The translations under genes and the position numbers were made by a program. 64,000 nt of DNA from the IMG/VR virus record IMGVR_UViG_3300045988_117041, one strand, 5' to 3'. This document shows positions 45,406 through 53,794 of the stretch, piece after piece. Every line of letters begins with the position of its first letter. Position 1 is the first letter of the stretch. The notes below the pieces were generated by a model, which made no database searches, had not been told where the DNA came from, and was given only the letters and a program-made list of their open reading frames with translations. This DNA comes from a virus.

Positions 45406-46305
45406 ATGGCGATTTATGTATCTAAGGCACCGTTAGCCTATCCAATCATTCAGAAGGTCACAGACGAGCATTTTAAGTGGCTGGATTATTGCGAGAAAGA
45501 CTACCAGAAATATTTAGGAACCTATGATAACCCAGAAGATTATCAGCAACACGCCGGGGACGGCAATATGACTGTGTTTGCTAAACTGTACAAAGAGAAG
45601 ACAGGTATTGATGTACAGGGACAGCCATGGTGTGACAGTTATCAAGACACTGTACTGATTCATCTGTTTGGTGTTGATAAAGCAAAGCAGTTATTAGGTG
45701 GTTTTAGTGCTTATACACCTACCAGTGTGAATTTTTTTAAACAGATAGGAAGATGGTTCAAAGACCCTAATGTCGGTGTACAGGTTTTCTTTAAGAACAG
45801 TACACGTATATACCATGTAGGATATGTGTACGATTGGGACGAAAAATATATTTACACCATTGAAGGTAACACGTCTTCTGCACCGGGAGTTATTGCAAAT
45901 GGCGGGTGTGTTGCTAAAAAGAAGTATTTAAGAACAGACCCCAAAATTGCAGGTTACGGATTCCCAGACTATTCTATTGTGAATGTGTTTGAAGAAGGTT
46001 GGGTACGTGCCGCAGACGGTGTACGCTGGTGGTATCAGACCAGAGAGGGCAAATATCCTGCAAACGTGTGGTGTATTATCAATCACCACTGGTATCTGTT
46101 TGACAAAGAAGGTTATATGCTCACTAACTGGCACACATGGGACGGGAAGAATTGTGATGTACCGGGTGATGAAAACTGGTACTTCCTTGAAACTTCCACT
46201 AAACACAACCTTGAAGGTGCTATGTACGGTCAAAGACCAGATAGCGCAGTTGGTCTTTTATCCCCGCTTTACGTTAGTGACAGTAACTTGATTCCTGTCC
46301 CTTAG
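45406..46305 (+). CDS. endolysin: N-terminal CHAP-like domain plus C-terminal choline-binding-type (CW_binding_1) repeats
   Basis: The ATG at 45406 follows aaggagag. Has a QPWCDSY catalytic-Cys context and H...EGN. The C-terminus has GW/WY aromatic repeats (WWYQTREGKYPANVW..HHWYLFDKEGYMLTNW..NWYFL). Confidence 0.8.
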   Translation: MAIYVSKAPLAYPIIQKVTDEHFKWLDYCEKDYQKYLGTYDNPEDYQQHAGDGNMTVFAKLYKEKTGIDVQGQPWCDSYQDTVLIHLFGVDKAKQLLGGFSAYTPTSVNFFKQIGRWFKDPNVGVQVFFKNSTRIYHVGYVYDWDEKYIYTIEGNTSSAPGVIANGGCVAKKKYLRTDPKIAGYGFPDYSIVNVFEEGWVRAADGVRWWYQTREGKYPANVWCIINHHWYLFDKEGYMLTNWHTWDGKNCDVPGDENWYFLETSTKHNLEGAMYGQRPDSAVGLLSPLYVSDSNLIPVP

Positions 46306-46348
46306 AAATACCCGCTGTGCGCGGGCGTGAGGCATAATTTATATAAAT

Positions 46349-46379
46349 ATATTTAATACACATAACACATATTAAATAT
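46349..46379. repeat. AT-rich inverted repeat
   Basis: atatttaata 46349-46358 pairs with tattaaatat 46370-46379 around cacataacaca. Imperfect flanking extensions are present. Confidence 0.7.
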
Positions 46380-46423
46380 TTTATATATTTATTCTTTTCT
46401 TTGTAACACTTTCTTTTCTTAAG

Positions 46424-46447
46424 CCCGGTCTAACCCACCGGGTTTTT
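46424..46447 (+). terminator. rho-independent terminator
   Basis: cccggt 46424-46429 pairs with accggg 46437-46442, followed by TTTTT. Confidence 0.8.
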
Positions 46448-46508
46448 GTTTGCAATAAAATCGGTTCAGTGTTACACTATATCCAAAACTAAAACGAGAG
46501 GTGACGAA

Positions 46509-49157
46509 GTGTTAAAAGTAAAACCCGTAGGAAAAGAAAGACACTTATATTTATCAGAGTGCGCGACATTAACAAACCCCACCAAGAAAGAAGTAAAATC
46601 AATTAAATCGGCAACCACCTTTACGAATCCAGCATATGAGCGGGCAAAGAAATATACTCATTACACGTCCTATAAGATTCCCCAAACACTATGCTTTAGT
46701 AGTGTAGGTTATTTTAGAGGTGTTCCAGCTATCAGATTCCCTATAGGTCTTAGATTTGAGGTATCAGAAGACAGACCGATACATAAGGTCATAGACTACA
46801 GGGTGTTTGAAAAACCAAAACATAGACCGCCAGAGTTTAAATTAACTTTGCGGGAAGACCAAGAAAGAGCGTTGCTACAGTACGTGAGTATAAACGCATG
46901 GCAAGAAAAACAGCCTTGTGGTCTTGTACAGTTGCCGACCGGGAAAGGAAAGACTATATTATCTTTAGCGATAGTGAATGAGTTTAAGTTAAAGACGTTA
47001 GTCATAGTGCACACCAATGGTCTTGTTAAAGCCTGGACTGACGATATAAAGAAAGCCTTTGACGGTAAAGTTGTGCCGGGTCTTATAAAAGCTAAAAGCA
47101 AGACTGTAGGGGACTATATAACCATAGCAACCATACAGACGCTTAATAACATACCAGAGGACGAATTAGAGACCTTATTTGATACCTTTGGGCTTATTAT
47201 ACAGGACGAGTGCTTGGTTGGTGATACCTTAATCACCATGCAAGACGGTTCATATAAACCCATTAGAGACATTAAAAACGGGGATAAAGTTGCTGTAGGC
47301 GGCACCGTTAGTAATGTGTTTAGTAGGAAGTCTGAGATATACGAATTAGTATGTAGACATTCCACTATAAAAGGTAGTCCTACACACAAGACATGGTGTG
47401 TTAAAAAGAAAAACGATAAACACAATTACTATAGTAAGGAAGACCTTGTACTACTTCCTCTAAAAGACATAACCAAGGACTATTTAATACCTGTTAGGAT
47501 AGAAGAACCAATAAAGAAATCTAACACTTTAGGCAGTAATTTATGTGCTTTTATCGCACTCATAATCTGTAGTGGACACATAGATAAAAAAAGTAATCGG
47601 GTTGTTGTAAATGTATCAAAAAACACTGACTTCTATAGAAGTGTATTTGAAGAAGGGTGTAAGTGTTTTGGTGTTACTGCAAGTACCAGTTATGATTGCC
47701 GAGGAAACTTAAGAATGTGGACAAACAACGTAGATATAAGATATTTTCTTGAAACCACTATGAATATAAACAAAGGTAAAAAGAACAATGTTGTTAGTGT
47801 CCCACGCTGGATACTTAATGCGTCAAACACAGAGGTTAAATCATTTATAGAAACGTGTTTTAACTGTAGCGGTGATTTACAGGAAAACAAAGCAATGCAC
47901 TTTAACTGCGCGTCACAATCGTTTTCTATGGGACTTGTGTTATTACTTAAAAGGTTTGGTGTATTAAGCACTATTCACTGTGTTAATAAACGTAAAGGTG
48001 TTAAAATTCAATACCGTGTTACTGTAGGAGGTAAGAACTTTAATAAGTTTATGGACACATTTAATCTGCTGTCCTATAAAATGACCGATAGCAGAAATAC
48101 AGGTAAACACACGTTCAATAACAGATATGCGGGTAACTACTTTCTTAGTGATGTAGTAAGTTGTAAGTCTTTAGGTTACACAGAGGACGTATATGATTTC
48201 ACTGTGAGTAAAGATAACCATAGTTTTATAGCAAATGGCGTTCTAACTCATAATTGCCATCACTGCCCTAGTACAAGCTATGAGTTAGTGAATAGGTTCA
48301 GAGCCACCTATAGATTAGGTCTCACAGCAACACCAGAAAGAAATGACGGTCTCACATTCTTAATGACTTTATATTTTGGCGGGTTCTGTTATGAGTACAA
48401 CAAAGAGTTGCAAAAAGACCAGAAGAAAGACAAAGACATTTTACCATTTGAGGTGATACACCGGGCCATGAAATATTCTTTCACACCTATGCTACGTCCT
48501 GTAGGTCAGAGAGGGTATAAAGTATTGCCGTTTAATTATCCCGTGAATAAATATGGCCCGGAAGATATACCTATTGATTCCATACCTTATAGAGACAGAC
48601 CGAAAGTAAAGTACAACGAGGTATCAGACCTCGTGATGTTAGATGAAAATAATATTAAACAGGTGTTACATGATGTATATACAGAAGGTGTTATCAATAA
48701 CCGTAGCTGTGTGGTGTTTTTTACCAGTCGTGTGCACTGTGAACACTATTTCCAGAAGTTCAAAGAAATGGTGACACACACTACTAGGTATACGTCCGGG
48801 AATACAAAGTTTAGTAATATAGCACAGTTATACACAGGTGCTACCAAAGATGATGAAACATGTTTAAAACGTGCAATAAACCGGGAAGTAATAATTACCT
48901 TTACCACCTTTGGTAAAAGCACAGAAGGGACTAATATACCGTGTTTAGAAGTAGCGTTTTTAGTTACTTCCATTAATGACGGTAAGAACACCGAACAGGC
49001 CATAGGACGTATTCGCCGTAAGTGTGACACATACCATAAATTAGGGCGCGTAAGAGTGTATGACTATGACTATAACAAAGTGTATATGTTGAGGTCTCAT
49101 TACAGAACACGTCTTGAAAGGTATAAGACCTTGAAAGGTAGAATCATTGATGTATAA
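46509..49157 (+). CDS. SF2 DExH-box DNA helicase, interrupted by an intein
   Basis: GTG at 46509 after agaggtga. Motif I LPTGKGKT, motif II split as IIQDE|intein|CHH, motif III LTATPER, motif VI QAIGRIRR. Confidence 0.85.
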   Translation: MLKVKPVGKERHLYLSECATLTNPTKKEVKSIKSATTFTNPAYERAKKYTHYTSYKIPQTLCFSSVGYFRGVPAIRFPIGLRFEVSEDRPIHKVIDYRVFEKPKHRPPEFKLTLREDQERALLQYVSINAWQEKQPCGLVQLPTGKGKTILSLAIVNEFKLKTLVIVHTNGLVKAWTDDIKKAFDGKVVPGLIKAKSKTVGDYITIATIQTLNNIPEDELETLFDTFGLIIQDECLVGDTLITMQDGSYKPIRDIKNGDKVAVGGTVSNVFSRKSEIYELVCRHSTIKGSPTHKTWCVKKKNDKHNYYSKEDLVLLPLKDITKDYLIPVRIEEPIKKSNTLGSNLCAFIALIICSGHIDKKSNRVVVNVSKNTDFYRSVFEEGCKCFGVTASTSYDCRGNLRMWTNNVDIRYFLETTMNINKGKKNNVVSVPRWILNASNTEVKSFIETCFNCSGDLQENKAMHFNCASQSFSMGLVLLLKRFGVLSTIHCVNKRKGVKIQYRVTVGGKNFNKFMDTFNLLSYKMTDSRNTGKHTFNNRYAGNYFLSDVVSCKSLGYTEDVYDFTVSKDNHSFIANGVLTHNCHHCPSTSYELVNRFRATYRLGLTATPERNDGLTFLMTLYFGGFCYEYNKELQKDQKKDKDILPFEVIHRAMKYSFTPMLRPVGQRGYKVLPFNYPVNKYGPEDIPIDSIPYRDRPKVKYNEVSDLVMLDENNIKQVLHDVYTEGVINNRSCVVFFTSRVHCEHYFQKFKEMVTHTTRYTSGNTKFSNIAQLYTGATKDDETCLKRAINREVIITFTTFGKSTEGTNIPCLEVAFLVTSINDGKNTEQAIGRIRRKCDTYHKLGRVRVYDYDYNKVYMLRSHYRTRLERYKTLKGRIIDV
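47211..48254 (+). mobile_element. intein (348 aa) with LAGLIDADG-type homing endonuclease domain, in helicase motif II
   Basis: Starts CLVGDTLITM. Block B is SPTHKTW. LAGLIDADG-like segments are FIALIICSGHID and FIETCFNCSGDL. Ends FIANGVLTHN followed by Cys+1. The joined exteins read DECH. Confidence 0.85.
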
Positions 49158-49168
49158 ATATGTTCGTA

Positions 49169-49197
49169 TTGACTAATACTTACAATAAAGATATAAT
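49169..49197 (+). promoter_or_regulatory. promoter TTGACT-N17-TATAAT
   Basis: TTGACT 49169-49174, TATAAT 49192-49197. Confidence 0.75.
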
Positions 49198-49228
49198 TAA
49201 CGTTAGTATAATTTAAGGAGGTAAAATT

Positions 49229-49714
49229 GTGGCATTAAGCATAAGGGACATAAAAAGACAGACCTTAGAAGGTAAAGTAGCACGTTACGACCAGATAAGG
49301 TCACAGATGAAAGCACTCAGCGAGGAAAAAGACGAATTGTCCAAAGAGATTAAAGAGTTTGCGTCCAAAGAGGGTGTTAAAGATTCCTCCGGGTCTTATT
49401 ACTGTGACAATGACGGGTTTGTGTTCGGCAGTGTTGCAAAGACCGTGAGAAAGATAAACCAGGAGAAAGCGATTGCCTTTTTTAAAGAAATGGGTTATTT
49501 AAGGTGTATCAAGAAAGTAGAAGTTGTCAATGAAGCCATGGTAGAAAGATACCTTGATGAAGGTAAGTTGACTGTAGAAGACCTGGAAGACATAACAGAC
49601 AGCACAACAACCTACAGTGTTTCAGTAACACGCAAGGAAGAAATGCCAGAGGTTGAACAGACCTCTTTCTCCATGGCGGCGTCCAGAAAACCAAAGTTAA
49701 GAGTAAGGAGGTAA
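49229..49714 (+). CDS. hypothetical protein, coiled-coil N-terminus
   Basis: GTG start 7 nt after aaggagg. Confidence 0.55.
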   Translation: MALSIRDIKRQTLEGKVARYDQIRSQMKALSEEKDELSKEIKEFASKEGVKDSSGSYYCDNDGFVFGSVAKTVRKINQEKAIAFFKEMGYLRCIKKVEVVNEAMVERYLDEGKLTVEDLEDITDSTTTYSVSVTRKEEMPEVEQTSFSMAASRKPKLRVRR

Positions 49715-49719
49715 TGTAT

Positions 49720-50055
49720 ATGCCATTCAAAGGGCCTGTCAAAGTTAAAGTACCGTCTGGTGAAGTAGTGAATTGCTACTATTTATATGAGTTAGCAGAG
49801 AGACTAGGTAGACAGTCCCAGACAGTGAGAAAGTGGGAGATTGCAGGGACTATACCACAAAGCGGGTTCCGTGATAAATTTAATTGCCGTCTGTATTCCG
49901 AGGAACAAATGCAGATTATAATTGAAGAAGCGGAACGCGCCCATTTAAGACCGGGTAGACACCCCGCACACACTACGTTTGCTATGCATGTAAGTAGACG
50001 CATGAAGGAGTTATCAGACCGTTACATGACACCAAAGAAAAGTGTTGCGGTATGA
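49720..50055 (+). CDS. MerR/excisionase-type HTH DNA-binding protein
   Basis: YYLYELAERLGRQSQTVRKWEIAGTIP is HTH-like. The ATG at 49720 lies 8 nt after aggagg. Confidence 0.5.
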   Translation: MPFKGPVKVKVPSGEVVNCYYLYELAERLGRQSQTVRKWEIAGTIPQSGFRDKFNCRLYSEEQMQIIIEEAERAHLRPGRHPAHTTFAMHVSRRMKELSDRYMTPKKSVAV

Positions 50056-50081
50056 AATAAAGTAGAAGGGAAAGAATAAGT

Positions 50082-50540
50082 ATGAAATTTAAAGAAGCAT
50101 ATAGACTTATGAGAGAAGACAAGAAAGTGAAGTTGCCTAGCTGGTCTGGATTTTGGTGTTGGGATAAAAACAAAGAAAGTATTATCATGCACACTAAAGA
50201 AGGAGAAGTGTTAGACATACGAGACACCAAGAACGTAGGGTATACACTTACGAATATCTTTAGTGATGAATGGGAAGAAGCAACACCAATAAACACCCCG
50301 CTGATTGGCGGTTCATTAGCAATGTCATTTGAAACGGCATTAATGTTAATGAAGTGTAAGAAACGTCCTATGAGAAGAAACACCTGGGAAGACGGGACGT
50401 ATATTATTACATGGGACAGTGCAGAAGGACCGAGACTTAAAAAGACTACGGATAAATCATGTAGCTTTAAAGTATATACACCAACACAAGAAGATATGTT
50501 CACAGATGATTGGACATATTTTGTACACAAGGAGGACTAA
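50082..50540 (+). CDS. tandem DUF2829-domain protein (family that includes Tad2)
   Basis: Two copies of the DUF2829 pattern: MKFKEAYRLMREDKKVKLPSW...IFSDEWEEA and MSFETALMLMKCKKRPMRRNTW...MFTDDWTYF. Confidence 0.6.
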   Translation: MKFKEAYRLMREDKKVKLPSWSGFWCWDKNKESIIMHTKEGEVLDIRDTKNVGYTLTNIFSDEWEEATPINTPLIGGSLAMSFETALMLMKCKKRPMRRNTWEDGTYIITWDSAEGPRLKKTTDKSCSFKVYTPTQEDMFTDDWTYFVHKED

Positions 50541-50543
50541 ACA

Positions 50544-50864
50544 ATGAAAGTACCTGTTAAGAAAAAGACTGAGGATAAGGTGAAGAAAAGCATTAAGCAA
50601 TTAAATGCACCAAACCTTACACCAGAGGAAACAGAAGCACTTGAAGATATGTTACAGGAGACAGAACCCAGTGAGGTTCCTATTGACCGTCTTAATAAAG
50701 TGGTCGAGTTTGTGTTTAACCGTTTCAATCTGCAAGACAAGGACTATCAAATTGATTCTTATGCAGAGAAGAATGGTAAGGTGAAATTGAGTGTTAGTAA
50801 TCCGCAGTACACCGTGGCTGTTACAATCAATGACCGGGAAGAACACCCAGAACTTATGTATTAA
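50544..50864 (+). CDS. hypothetical protein (106 aa)
   Basis: SD aaggagga. Tightly packed against neighbouring genes. Confidence 0.55.
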   Translation: MKVPVKKKTEDKVKKSIKQLNAPNLTPEETEALEDMLQETEPSEVPIDRLNKVVEFVFNRFNLQDKDYQIDSYAEKNGKVKLSVSNPQYTVAVTINDREEHPELMY

Positions 50865-50879
50865 CAAAGGGGAATACGC

Positions 50880-51053
50880 ATGGCTGTAAAAGTGATTGAG
50901 TATGGCAGAAGAAGGATACGTTGTCCAGAGTGTCTTTCTATGCTAGAGTTTGAAAAGAACGATATAAAAACAGTGCAAACAGGAATGAACGAGTACGAAA
51001 AGGTGATTGAGTGCCCTAACTGTGAAGCACAAATAGTAGTGAAGGAGCGTTGA
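50880..51053 (+). CDS. small zinc-ribbon protein (57 aa, below the ORF-track cutoff)
   Basis: ATG after aaagggga. Contains CPEC...CPNC. Confidence 0.5.
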   Translation: MAVKVIEYGRRRIRCPECLSMLEFEKNDIKTVQTGMNEYEKVIECPNCEAQIVVKER

Positions 51054-51055
51054 AA

Positions 51056-51397
51056 GTGAAAAGAAAGTTAAGCAACCCACAGTTAAGAACACAGACACAG
51101 AAGAATGTAAGAAAAGGTAACACCACCGTAACCAGAAAGCGTGACGGTATAGAAGATTTAATAGAAAAAGGTGCTGTAGCAGAACTTCCTATTAAGAGAC
51201 AGTCCAACACAGAACCACTTGTCGGTATGAGTAAGGGTATCACCAAGAATATGCAGAACTATGAAAGCCTGCGACTGGACGTGTGGTATAGTGATGTTGT
51301 CAGAAAAGGTGAAACACCACAAGACGCATTACAGCGTGTAGAAGCGGTTATAGATACCGTCCTTGAAAACACTGTAGCGTACTATCTGGACGATTGA
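51056..51397 (+). CDS. hypothetical basic protein
   Basis: GTG at 51056 lies 8 nt after aaggag. The track start TTG 51050 is too close to the SD. Confidence 0.55.
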   Translation: MKRKLSNPQLRTQTQKNVRKGNTTVTRKRDGIEDLIEKGAVAELPIKRQSNTEPLVGMSKGITKNMQNYESLRLDVWYSDVVRKGETPQDALQRVEAVIDTVLENTVAYYLDD

Positions 51398-51408
51398 GAG
51401 GTGTACCC

Positions 51409-51606
51409 ATGAAATACTCCGATAAAGTGTTAGATGGTGTTAAAAGACTACTCTGGTGCGATTTACACACTATCAACGTTAAGAGACAGAGAGCAGAAAA
51501 GCAGGACAACAAAGAACTTGCTAAAATGTACAAAGACCAGGGAGAATTGATAGCCACACTCATTGCCAATACACCTGGGCTACAGGATAAATTAGGCCAG
51601 TCATAA
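51409..51606 (+). CDS. hypothetical protein (65 aa)
   Basis: ATG at 51409 after gagagg. Confidence 0.5.
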   Translation: MKYSDKVLDGVKRLLWCDLHTINVKRQRAEKQDNKELAKMYKDQGELIATLIANTPGLQDKLGQS

Positions 51607-51621
51607 GACTGGTCTTCTTTT
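51597..51621 (+). terminator. hairpin terminator
   Basis: ccagtc-ataa-gactgg followed by tcttctttt. Confidence 0.7.
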
Positions 51622-51649
51622 GACCTTATATGTGTTTATGTGTTAAAAT
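51620..51649 (+). promoter_or_regulatory. promoter TTGACC-N18-TAAAAT
   Basis: TTGACC 51620-51625, TGT-TAAAAT 51641-51649. Confidence 0.6.
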
Positions 51650-51688
51650 GCTAATATAATAAATAAGTGTGAGAGAGGGGAATTAAAT

Positions 51689-52276
51689 ATGAACGACATT
51701 GACGGTCTTTTGAGCGAGTTTAGAAATGCCAGAGGACAGGAGTTAAAGCCGCCCCAAAAGAATGATGGTGTTGTAAACAGCGTACACGCTGAGTATGACA
51801 AGGGTAAGACACATTCCGCAAGCAAGTGGTATAATCATTTTCTTGCACTGTATGACGATATGGAAAACACCATAGACGATTGGACAGTAAGAGACTTAAT
51901 GTACTACTTCCGGGAAAAATCCCGTGAGAATGGGTGTAACTATGTTATACACAACATGAAACGTGATATGGGAATCTTCAAGACACTATGTAGTAATTTT
52001 AGTAACCGGGACATAGTGTTGATGATTGAATTTCTGTATGAGAGCGGGCAAAAGTATTTATCATTAGACACCCTACAACCTACGGTGTTATCAAGTAATT
52101 GGGTTATTACTATTCAGCGTGACGCACACTTGTGGTTAGACGATAAGTTTGACCCGGACAAGAAGAACGTTGATAAAAAGAAACCTTCCTTATATAATAA
52201 GAAAGCAACACCTTCCAGAGAGTACACAAAGCCAAACACTGGAAAGAGTAAAGTTAGAATAGGAGCGTGGAAGTAG
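51689..52276 (+). CDS. hypothetical replication-module protein
   Basis: SD gagagggg. Lies directly upstream of the helicase-loader-like gene. Confidence 0.55.
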   Translation: MNDIDGLLSEFRNARGQELKPPQKNDGVVNSVHAEYDKGKTHSASKWYNHFLALYDDMENTIDDWTVRDLMYYFREKSRENGCNYVIHNMKRDMGIFKTLCSNFSNRDIVLMIEFLYESGQKYLSLDTLQPTVLSSNWVITIQRDAHLWLDDKFDPDKKNVDKKKPSLYNKKATPSREYTKPNTGKSKVRIGAWK

Positions 52277-52899
52277 TGAGACCGAGAAGAACAAGTTACA
52301 AACAGTCAAGTCTTTTGATGGTGGGTATTCCTAAAAAATTCTGTGAGTGCACACTAAAAGACTACAACACCTTTGGGTCTACAGACTTAGTGGCATTGAA
52401 AGACTACATTAGATTTTACATTGAGAATGTAGAAGACACTTTCAAAGAGTGCCATGGTCTTTATATGTACGGTAGTAACGGTGTGGGTAAGACTATGTTA
52501 GCGTCTATTATTTTACGTGAAGCATTTATGTGTCGTTTCACTGTTAGAAGGTGCACATTTGCTGATTATATCGCAGAGTACACCAGAGCGTGGTCTTGTA
52601 CCGGGAAAGACGAAAAAGACGCAATGGAAGATAACCTGTTTACATACTACAAGGGTGTTGAGTTCCTTGTGTTAGAAGAAGTGGGGAAAGAGATTGACAC
52701 AAAGATAGCGCGACCGATATTAGAAGACCTTTTGAGGTATAGAGAAGAAAAGGGCCTTGTAACCATCATGTGTTCCAACATAACCCCGGAGGACTTCTTT
52801 GAGAGATATGGTAACAGTATAATGTCTTTAATGCAAGGTAACATGACCCCTATCGAGATTGTAGGGAAAGACCGCCGAGAAGTTAAAGACCACTATTAA
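52267..52899 (+). CDS. DnaC/IstB-like AAA+ ATPase (helicase loader)
   Basis: Walker A GSNGVGKT and Walker B FLVLEEVG. Confidence 0.65.
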   Translation: MEVVRPRRTSYKQSSLLMVGIPKKFCECTLKDYNTFGSTDLVALKDYIRFYIENVEDTFKECHGLYMYGSNGVGKTMLASIILREAFMCRFTVRRCTFADYIAEYTRAWSCTGKDEKDAMEDNLFTYYKGVEFLVLEEVGKEIDTKIARPILEDLLRYREEKGLVTIMCSNITPEDFFERYGNSIMSLMQGNMTPIEIVGKDRREVKDHY

Positions 52900-52910
52900 G
52901 GAGGAAAGCA

Positions 52911-53270
52911 GTGTTAAAGCTGAAAGTAAGAAAGAAGGTCTCCGAGACAAAACCGAACACGCATGACTGGGAGTTAATATCCAGTCTTGCAAGACAAATG
53001 GTAGATATTGAGCGGGAGATAAACACCCTCAAAGAGCAGTACAACGAGGTCAGAAAGCAGTTAGCGTGTGCGAAGTACAACAACCTGCAATTAGGCAAGA
53101 AGTACAGTTACAGGACAGACAAGAGTGTTGTAGAGGGTATATTAAGATACCGCACCACCTATGACAATCGAAACGAATACTTTGAGTTGCAGGTGGTGAA
53201 GAAAGACGGTCTGATAGGTGAAGTAGTCCGCGTAGTGTTAAACCCGGACGACCTCACTTTGGTAGAGTAG
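52911..53270 (+). CDS. hypothetical protein (119 aa)
   Basis: GTG start after aaggagga. Confidence 0.55.
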   Translation: MLKLKVRKKVSETKPNTHDWELISSLARQMVDIEREINTLKEQYNEVRKQLACAKYNNLQLGKKYSYRTDKSVVEGILRYRTTYDNRNEYFELQVVKKDGLIGEVVRVVLNPDDLTLVE

Positions 53271-53360
53271 TTTGTGGCACACAAATAAATATGATATAAT
53301 AGCGCATAGTGCAAACAACCATTATGCGCTAAAATTTTACATAGAGAGAAGGTGTTATAA

Positions 53361-53789
53361 TTGTTACATGGAGACATATCTAACCAGTCCGGCACAACCA
53401 TAGCGTTCCGCTGTGAAGACTTCCTTATTAAGTTTCACAATGACACACTGACTGATAAAGTGGTTACTTTCTTTGCGGGTAAAGAAAAACGAGCGGAGGT
53501 AGATAACAAAGTGTTAAGTGTCATGGAACACTTGTACAGAAACACAGAGTACAACGTGGACTTAGTGATTGAGAGAAAGAACTACACAGATAAGCTAAAA
53601 TCTATGGTGGAAGATATGCCCTGTAGTCGTGTGGTGTTGATTGATAATCTCAATAACATAGGGTCACGTATTTTAGTAGGTGATTTAAGTTACTATGTTG
53701 ATGATGATTATGAACGTAGGCGGCAGATAAATAGCAACTATGCAGTGACGCTAAACGAACTTAGAAGTATGACAAGAATAGGACGGTAA
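53361..53789 (+). CDS. hypothetical protein (142 aa)
   Basis: TTG start after gaaggtg. A TATAAT-type -10 lies at about 53294. Confidence 0.5.
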   Translation: MLHGDISNQSGTTIAFRCEDFLIKFHNDTLTDKVVTFFAGKEKRAEVDNKVLSVMEHLYRNTEYNVDLVIERKNYTDKLKSMVEDMPCSRVVLIDNLNNIGSRILVGDLSYYVDDDYERRRQINSNYAVTLNELRSMTRIGR

Positions 53790-53794
53790 TCGTT

